NCBI GenBank assembly: GCA_051746725.1
Contig: JBNJFI010000047.1
Location: 1-13,092 of the forward strand
Length of the DNA: 13,092 bases
Reading direction: 5' to 3'
Origin: Fusobacteriota bacterium
Lineage (GTDB): Bacteria; Fusobacteriota; Fusobacteriia; Fusobacteriales; JBNJFI01
Below the pieces are notes generated by a model, which saw nothing but the letters and a program-made list of their open reading frames with translations, was not told where the DNA came from and did no database searches. Shown piece after piece: positions 7,801 through 13,092 of this stretch (the stretch's first letter is position 1; each line of letters opens with the position of its first letter). Both the position numbers and the translations under genes were made by a program.

Positions 7801-8259
7801 GGGGACGGAACTAAAATAACTGTAACAATACCAACTGAAATTTCTGAAGAGGAGATTCAAGATGACAAAAAAGAATCTATAAAATTACATGGAAATGTTT
7901 TATTAGTTGAAGACTCAGAAATAACAGCAGAGATAATGGAGAAGATGTTATTAGATATAGGAATGAATGTAGATAGAGTTTTAGATGGAAAATCAGCTTT
8001 AGAAAAATTTGAATTAAAGGAATACGATATAATAATTACAGACATAAATTTACCAAAATATAATGGGATTAAATTATGTGAGGAAATAAAAAGTAGAGAT
8101 GAAAAAATAAAAGTTATTGGAGCGAGTGCCGTTTCTGATAATAATCCAAAGTTACAAAAAAATAATATATTTGATTCTTTTCTGATTAAACCAGTTAAAA
8201 TTAATAAATTGAAGAAGGAATTGCAAATATTGTTAAAAAATAAAGGAAATAAAAAATAA
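4843..8259 (+). CDS. Hybrid sensor histidine kinase: signal peptide, two beta-propellers, Y_Y_Y domain, TM helix, HisKA, HATPase_c, receiver
   Basis: 14 W/Y-x-G-type blade repeats (LWIGT through LYFGG); Y_Y_Y region RYKYKLKGFD..SYTKVPPGEY; PPIWRS followed by a TM segment; H-box FLANMSHEIRTPMNG; N-box QILNNLCSNSIKFT; G1 DTGIG; G2 GGTGLGL; receiver LLVED..IITDINLP..SA..FLIKP. Confidence 0.93.
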   Translation: MKKILFFLILSILVLGESKHDINDIKFLNYSVKDGLSQSTVRTIVQGKKGYLWIGTSGGLNRYDGENFEAYYHQRKNENSLYDSLIRKLHVDKNGNLWVGTRKGLNKYNYSKNNFDRISEISIRDIYEDNLDNIWIGADSGLYKLENKKLFKIKELDKTEVYSIARKSDKLYLGTENGVLSYDLNSKKENKRYENIKTRVNAIYIDTKGNMWIGSQKRWFKHDNFGNFLFKGDAQDTEIFSFTEDSKGIMWIGTGFGLIKHTGKSRNYFRYQNIESDPYSLSNDRISCVYEDRDKNLWVGNLRTGGLDKITKFKYNRPTSGINKMSKGNIWAVHDTGNKIWIGTSNGISIYLKDKNRYTNILKDKSIWSFEVVGPYIWVGTWGDGLYRVNRKTYDLKNYNYEGYTNKITTIKKIDNFLWLGTYGDGLWRFNLKNQDLQIYSKENGIHKIHDDYIWDIELGEDNHIWVGSEDNGFSKFNYKTGNMEIYNSENSNLSKNSAWVVKKIEDKVWVGTWGGGLNILDLKTQKIKIIDTENGLVDNTIYGILKKDNNLWLSTNRGLVKLDMKTYNMFNYDMNDGLQNNEFNIGACFKNNENILYFGGISGLTAFKEEDVLWNKNFKIELKEFSVFNEPREIKNEFELNYDENYFVLDFNMVNFNNPRTNRYKYKLKGFDDKWRESDISRVSYTKVPPGEYTLSVYGGNIYGQWGDKSTDYSIKINPPIWRSKLAYAIYVVLLLALIYLIIYLRTRYKIKEYMAKKMEEEKKAAQKLAEAKGVFLANMSHEIRTPMNGIIGCLDILSDTKLTDFQKKYVSMLKHSASALSRIINEVLEYSKLEKEDYNLEYTFFDIKQLSEEVFMMFEKLSKDKGIKLNLDIDDDMPKMIKGDDVRTRQILNNLCSNSIKFTDKGYVNIKVSIKDKKSSPKLQIIVKDTGIGMDKEALERLFNRYDQLDNSIYKKYGGTGLGLSITQKLIEKMDGTIDVESKKGDGTKITVTIPTEISEEEIQDDKKESIKLHGNVLLVEDSEITAEIMEKMLLDIGMNVDRVLDGKSALEKFELKEYDIIITDINLPKYNGIKLCEEIKSRDEKIKVIGASAVSDNNPKLQKNNIFDSFLIKPVKINKLKKELQILLKNKGNKK

Positions 8260-8269
8260 ACAGAGAATT

Positions 8270-8312
8270 AATATCGAGGTATATTTATGAAAATATGCCT
8301 CGATATTTTTAT
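8270..8312 (+). terminator. Intrinsic terminator after the histidine kinase
   Basis: 17-bp stem AATATCGAGGTATATTT (8270-8286) / AAATATGCCTCGATATT (8291-8307) with one G-U pair and loop ATGA, running into a T tract. Confidence 0.85.
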
Positions 8313-8351
8313 AAATATTTTAATTTTATTAAGTAGTAATAGAAGTTTTTA

Positions 8352-8380
8352 TTGATTTTTATGATATTATGTTGTAAAAT
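8352..8380 (+). promoter_or_regulatory. Putative sigma70-type promoter of the polX-nth/pilT/cyclase/cheY unit
   Basis: TTGATT (8352-8357), 17-nt spacer, TAAAAT (8375-8380), about 40 nt before the start codon. Confidence 0.6.
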
Positions 8381-8422
8381 ATTTATAAATATAAAATAAT
8401 AATAAAATAGAAGAGGGTGAAA

Positions 8423-9517
8423 ATGTCTAAAAATAAAGATAAAAGAGTAAAATTTGAAATAGCAAATAAAGAATTTGATGAGATATCAAAATATTTAAAG
8501 GAAAAAGGATATGAGCATAATTCCACAGGAAGTTTAAGAAGAAAAAGAGACACGGTAGGAGATATAGATATTATCGTAAATAGTTTTCCAGAAAAAACAT
8601 ATCAAGACATATTAAGTTATAAAAGAGTAAAAAAAAAAATAGATGAAAATGGGAATTTTTTGCTAAAAGGTAATATAAAATTACAGATAATAGCTGAGCA
8701 AGATGAATATTATTATTCTCTTTGGACTTCAACAGGAAATAAAAAATATATAAAAGTCATGAAAGATATTCTAAGAGAAAAAAATATACAAGATTATAAA
8801 AAAATAAAAAATGAAAAAGAGATTTATAAAAAGTTAGATTATAAATATTTAAATCCTGTAAAAAGAGACGATGAAAGAGCCCAAAAAATAAAAACTGCTC
8901 GTATAGTAGTAGAAAAATTAAAAAAAGAGTATGGAGAACCTAAGGTTGCTTTAAATTATAATACAGATTTTCAACTTTTAGTAGCAGTAATTCTATCTGC
9001 ACAATGTACAGATAAGAGAGTAAACATAGTAACAGAAAAATTATTTAATGAATATAAAACAATGGAAGATTTTGTGAATATCTCCCAAAATAAACTGGAA
9101 AAACTTATATATTCTACAGGTTTTTATAAAAATAAAGCTAAAAATATAAAAGAGTGTAGTAGACAATTAATTGAAGAATTTAATGAAAAAATCCCGAATA
9201 CGATTAAAGACCTGACAAAATTAGCTGGAGTAGGAAGAAAAACTGCCAATGTTATAATGGGCCATATATTTGAAAAACCTGCTATAACAGTTGATACCCA
9301 TGTAAGAAGGTTATCTAACAGAATAGGGTTTGTGGATATGAAAAGTCCAAAAAAGATAGAATATTATTTAAAAGATATTATTCAAAAAAGAGATTGGTTT
9401 ATATTGTCTAATTTACTTATACATCATGGAAGAAGAGTTTGTAAAGCAAGAAGTTATGATTGTTCAACTTGTATTTTAAATAAAGATTGTAAATTAGGGA
9501 GGAAAAATGTTAGATAA
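8423..9517 (+). CDS. nth: Endonuclease III (Nth) with an N-terminal minimal PolX-like nucleotidyltransferase domain
   Basis: C-terminal ~205 aa carry FQLLVAVILSAQCTDKRVN, GFYKNKAKNI, HhH LAGVGRKTAN (catalytic Lys), VDTHV (catalytic Asp) and the C-x6-C-x2-C-x5-C Fe-S motif. N-terminal ~150 aa carry GSLRRKRDTVGDIDII, STG and EKEIYKKLDYKYLNPVKRD. ATG 8423 is preferred over GTG 8417 given SD GAGG at 8413-8416. Confidence 0.9.
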   Translation: MSKNKDKRVKFEIANKEFDEISKYLKEKGYEHNSTGSLRRKRDTVGDIDIIVNSFPEKTYQDILSYKRVKKKIDENGNFLLKGNIKLQIIAEQDEYYYSLWTSTGNKKYIKVMKDILREKNIQDYKKIKNEKEIYKKLDYKYLNPVKRDDERAQKIKTARIVVEKLKKEYGEPKVALNYNTDFQLLVAVILSAQCTDKRVNIVTEKLFNEYKTMEDFVNISQNKLEKLIYSTGFYKNKAKNIKECSRQLIEEFNEKIPNTIKDLTKLAGVGRKTANVIMGHIFEKPAITVDTHVRRLSNRIGFVDMKSPKKIEYYLKDIIQKRDWFILSNLLIHHGRRVCKARSYDCSTCILNKDCKLGRKNVR

Positions 9518-10613
9518 AATTTTAAATGAATCTGAAAAATTAAATGCTTCTGATATACACTTAAAGGAAGATAGTGTTCCTGTTGTTAGAGTCGAAGGAG
9601 AATTAATTTTTTTAGATAAAAAATTTAATAAAATAAAAAAAAAGGAAATAAAAAATATTTTAGAAGATTTATTTACATCAGAAGAAAGATCTAGATTTGA
9701 AGAAACTAATAATTTAGATATATCTTATACGAAAGATAATAAAAATAGATACAGAATTAATATATATAAACAAAAAAGATCTCCTGCCCTTGCTCTTAGA
9801 AGAATAAGTCAAGAGGTAAAAACCTTTGAAGAATTAAACTTACCTGCTGAAACATTTAAAGAGATATTAGAAGAAGAAAGAGGTCTTATTTTAGTGACAG
9901 GAGCTGCAGGAAATGGTAAAAGTACAACTATTTCAGCCATGATAAATTATATAAATAAAACACAGAAAAAACATATAATTACGGCAGAAGATCCTATAGA
10001 ATATATTTTTAAAGATAAAGAATCTATAATAAGTCAAAGAGAGATATTATATGATGTAGACTCATACAAATCTGCTTTAAAATATATGCTTAGACAAGAT
10101 CCAGACATTATATATATTGGAGAATTAAGGGATAAAGAGACTATAGATATGGCTTTAAAAGCTTCTGAAACTGGTCATCTTGTAATAAGTACTCTTCATA
10201 CAGTTAATTCTTCTCAAGCTATACACAGAATTATGGATTTTTATTCAGGCTCTAAGCAGAAACAAGTAAAATTAAAATTAGCTAATAATTTAAAAGCAGT
10301 TGTATCTCAAAGATTATTAAAGGGTAAAGATGATATAAGAGTTATAGCAACTGAGATAATGAGAACTACTCCTACTGTACGTGAGGCCATAAGAGAGATT
10401 AAACATGAAAATACTATTCCACAATTATTAAAAAATGGAGAGGATATTTATGGAATGCATACCTTTGACCAATCCATAACAAAGCTATATGTAGACGGGA
10501 AAATATCATATAAAGTTGCTAAAAGAGCAGCAACTGTCAAAAAAGATATAGAATTATTTAAAAATGGTATTACTTCAAAGTCAACAGAGGAATTTTATAG
10601 AGATATTTTATAG
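9507..10613 (+). CDS. PilT/PilU-family type IV pilus retraction ATPase
   Basis: ASDIHL, RYRINIY, LILVTGAAGNGKSTT (Walker A), TAEDPIE (Asp box), ISQRE, LRQDPDIIYIGELRD (Walker B), ETGHLVISTLH (His box) and GMHTFDQS; overlaps the nth end by 11 nt with an internal SD GGGAGG. Confidence 0.92.
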   Translation: MLDKILNESEKLNASDIHLKEDSVPVVRVEGELIFLDKKFNKIKKKEIKNILEDLFTSEERSRFEETNNLDISYTKDNKNRYRINIYKQKRSPALALRRISQEVKTFEELNLPAETFKEILEEERGLILVTGAAGNGKSTTISAMINYINKTQKKHIITAEDPIEYIFKDKESIISQREILYDVDSYKSALKYMLRQDPDIIYIGELRDKETIDMALKASETGHLVISTLHTVNSSQAIHRIMDFYSGSKQKQVKLKLANNLKAVVSQRLLKGKDDIRVIATEIMRTTPTVREAIREIKHENTIPQLLKNGEDIYGMHTFDQSITKLYVDGKISYKVAKRAATVKKDIELFKNGITSKSTEEFYRDIL

Positions 10614-10657
10614 TGATTTTACATATCTTATAATAAGAATTTGTATAGGAGGATATT

Positions 10658-12979
10658 ATGATTAAGAGAGAGTCATTTTCAATAGGAATAATAATAACAA
10701 TTATAATATCCTTGAGTTATTTTGCATATTCAAATTTACAACTTAGCTTTTTTGAAATATTTGAACTAAAAAGTTTAGATGTAAGATATAAAATAAGAGG
10801 GGAACAAAAGCGAGAAGATTTCGAAGTTGTAATCATAGGGATTGATGAAAAGAGTTTAAATCAAATAGGTAAATGGCCTTGGGCTAGAGATATTCATGGA
10901 GAACTAGTTGAAAAATTAAGTGACATGGGAGCTAAAAGTATAGGTTTTGATATATCTTTTACTGAAAAAGCTATTTCAGATAATTTACTGGATTATAAAA
11001 ATGATTTAAAATCAATAGTATTAGATGGATATAAGTCTAAAAAAATCGATAGAGAAACTGCCATGGTATTGGCAAAAAAGATAAATGAGTTGGATTTATC
11101 AGAAGACTATGAATTTGCTACTAAACTAAGGGAAAACCCAATAGTATCAATAGGGACATATAATATTTCTAAAAAAGAAGAATCAATATTAAACAAAGAG
11201 ATATTAGAAAATGATGAATATATTAAAAGTAGATATGTTAATATTAATGGATTATTAAACCAGATACAGGAAGTAGGTCGAACAGGCAAAAGGAGCTTTA
11301 ATCCAGAAAAAGTATATAAGATAATGCCACCAATTGAGGTATTAAGTAAATTTGCTTATGGAGTTGGGCCTTATCAAATAGGTACTCCAGATTCTGATGG
11401 AGTATATAGAAACATAGCAATTGCAACTTTAGAAGAGTATACAAATTTATATTTCCCCCCTATGTATCTTTTGACATATTTAAAAGCATTTAATATGAAT
11501 ATGGAAGAAAATGTTATTTTAGATTTAAATGAAGAGGCAGTAAAAATATATGAAGATGCTTCTTCTCAAAGGGGACTAAAATTAGAAATACCAATAGATA
11601 AAAATGGAGTTCAGTTACTTAATTTTTATGGAAAAGGTCATACATTTGAATATATATCATATTATGATATATTAGAAGACAAAGTTGATAAAGATAAAAT
11701 AAAAAATAAAATTGTATTAGTTGGATATACAGATACTGCAAAGGGCTTATATGATTCAAGGCCAACTCCTTATGATGGGAATATTCCTGGGGTGGAAATA
11801 CATGCTACTGCTATACAGAATTTAATAGATCAAAAATATTTAAGGAGAATAACCATAGGAATAAATATAATAATTTTAACGATATTTGGAATTTTATTAA
11901 CTTTAATATTATCTACAAAGCGTTTTAGTTTTGTAATAACGAATATTTTAGTTGTGTTTTTAATTTTAATATATATGATATTTTCGCAGATATTATTTAA
12001 TTATGGAATATGGATTCCAGTTTTTTATCCCATAATAACTTATTTTGGAATGTATCTTATACTAACTGTTATAAATTATTTTGGAGAAGAACTTGAAAAG
12101 AAGAAAATTAAAGATGCTTTTAATCATTATACAAATCCAAAATTAATAGATGAACTCTTAAAAAATCCAGACAAGCTTAAACTTGGAGGGGAAAGAAAAG
12201 AAATGACAGCTTTTTTTTCTGATATACAAGGGTTTACTTCTATTTCAGAAAAAATGGATCCAACAGAATTAGTAGAATTTTTAAATAGATACTTATCTAA
12301 AATGACTGATATTATATTAGATAACGACGGTATGGTAGATAAATATGAAGGAGATGCGATAATGGCTATATTTGGTGCTCCTTTAGATTTAAAGGATCAT
12401 GCCTTAAAATGTTGTTATTCAGCTTTAGAATATCAAAAAAAACTTTCTAAGTTAAGGAAAATATGGAAAAAAGAGGGATTACCAGAAATTTTAGTCAGAA
12501 TAGGAATAAATACCGGAGATATGCTAGTTGGGAATATGGGATCAGAAAATAGATTTGATTATACAGCCATGGGAGATGAAGTGAACTTAGCTTCTAGACT
12601 AGAAGGGGCTAATAAATTTTATGGGACTTATATAATGATAAGTGAAAACACATATGAAAAGGTAAAGGACTCTGTTGAGGTTAGAGAGTTAGATATAATC
12701 AGAGTAAAAGGAAAAGAAAAACCTGTAAAAGTATACGAACTGCTTAGCAAAAAAGGGGAATTAAATTCCCTTGACAAAAAAATGCTAGTTTACTATAAGT
12801 TAGGGTTAAAAGAATATAGGAATAAAAATTGGGATGAGGCAATTAATAATTTTAAGAAAGGATTGGAGATAAAAAAAGGAGATTCAGTATTAAATCTATA
12901 TATTAACAGATGTGAAACTTTCAAAAAAGAGCCTCCTGACAAAGATTGGGATGGAGTATATACATTTACTACAAAATAA
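10658..12979 (+). CDS. Membrane-bound class III adenylate cyclase with a CHASE2 sensor domain and a TPR-like C-terminal tail
   Basis: CHASE2 motifs IIGIDEKSL..GKWPWAR, DSDGVYR, KNKIVLVG and PGVEIHA; three TM segments; cyclase motifs FFSDIQGFT, VDKYEGDAIMAIFG, RIGINTG, DYTAMGDEVNLASRLE and VKGK; tail WDEAINNF..WDGV; SD AGGAGG at 10647-10652. Confidence 0.93.
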   Translation: MIKRESFSIGIIITIIISLSYFAYSNLQLSFFEIFELKSLDVRYKIRGEQKREDFEVVIIGIDEKSLNQIGKWPWARDIHGELVEKLSDMGAKSIGFDISFTEKAISDNLLDYKNDLKSIVLDGYKSKKIDRETAMVLAKKINELDLSEDYEFATKLRENPIVSIGTYNISKKEESILNKEILENDEYIKSRYVNINGLLNQIQEVGRTGKRSFNPEKVYKIMPPIEVLSKFAYGVGPYQIGTPDSDGVYRNIAIATLEEYTNLYFPPMYLLTYLKAFNMNMEENVILDLNEEAVKIYEDASSQRGLKLEIPIDKNGVQLLNFYGKGHTFEYISYYDILEDKVDKDKIKNKIVLVGYTDTAKGLYDSRPTPYDGNIPGVEIHATAIQNLIDQKYLRRITIGINIIILTIFGILLTLILSTKRFSFVITNILVVFLILIYMIFSQILFNYGIWIPVFYPIITYFGMYLILTVINYFGEELEKKKIKDAFNHYTNPKLIDELLKNPDKLKLGGERKEMTAFFSDIQGFTSISEKMDPTELVEFLNRYLSKMTDIILDNDGMVDKYEGDAIMAIFGAPLDLKDHALKCCYSALEYQKKLSKLRKIWKKEGLPEILVRIGINTGDMLVGNMGSENRFDYTAMGDEVNLASRLEGANKFYGTYIMISENTYEKVKDSVEVRELDIIRVKGKEKPVKVYELLSKKGELNSLDKKMLVYYKLGLKEYRNKNWDEAINNFKKGLEIKKGDSVLNLYINRCETFKKEPPDKDWDGVYTFTTK

Positions 12980-12996
12980 AAAAATGGAGTGATAAA

Positions 12997-13092
12997 ATGG
13001 AAAAAGTTATGATTGTTGATGATACAGCTTATATGCGTATGGTGCTAAGGAAGATACTTGAAGAAGCCGGATATGAAATAGTAGCAGAAGGT
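12997..13092 (+). CDS. cheY: CheY-like response regulator (partial, truncated by the window end; absent from the ORF track)
   Basis: Translates as MEKVMIVDDTAYMRMVLRKILEEAGYEIVAEG, closely resembling the N-termini of Bacillus/Thermotoga CheY (VLIVDDAAFMRMM); SD GGAG at 12986-12989. Confidence 0.8.
   Translation, partial: MEKVMIVDDTAYMRMVLRKILEEAGYEIVAEG

Noticed and set aside
10626..10638. Small hairpin TCTTA-TAA-TAAGA between the ATPase and cyclase genes
   Set aside because: A 5-bp AT-rich stem without a proper U-tract is too weak to call a terminator.
1541..11289. Minus-strand ORFs 1541-1936, 2619-2801, 5676-5936, 6276-6491, 7359-7649, 7857-8045 and 11107-11289
   Set aside because: All lie antisense within well-supported genes and show no recognisable motifs; they are typical shadow ORFs.

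Overview
A very AT-rich bacterial chromosomal segment with all supportable genes on the + strand. The host is probably a diderm, because the solute-binding protein has a plain Sec signal and no lipobox. In order: the C-terminal end of an upstream gene; a BtuF/C/D-like (cobalamin or iron-chelate) ABC importer; a 140-bp spacer packed with co-oriented DnaA-box-like 9-mers; a FetAB-like ABC pair with its terminator; a promoter and a GC-enriched, apparently structured ~220-nt leader; a hybrid histidine kinase with a double beta-propeller/Y_Y_Y sensor and its terminator; and a probable operon encoding a minimal PolX-like domain fused to endonuclease III, a PilT/PilU-type ATPase, a CHASE2 class IIIb adenylate cyclase and a CheY-like regulator truncated by the window edge. 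The strongest leads are the PolX-Nth fusion, the unassigned structured leader RNA, the DnaA-box cluster with no origin genes nearby, and the pilT-cyclase-cheY linkage. All assignments come from reading motifs by eye; no database searches were run.
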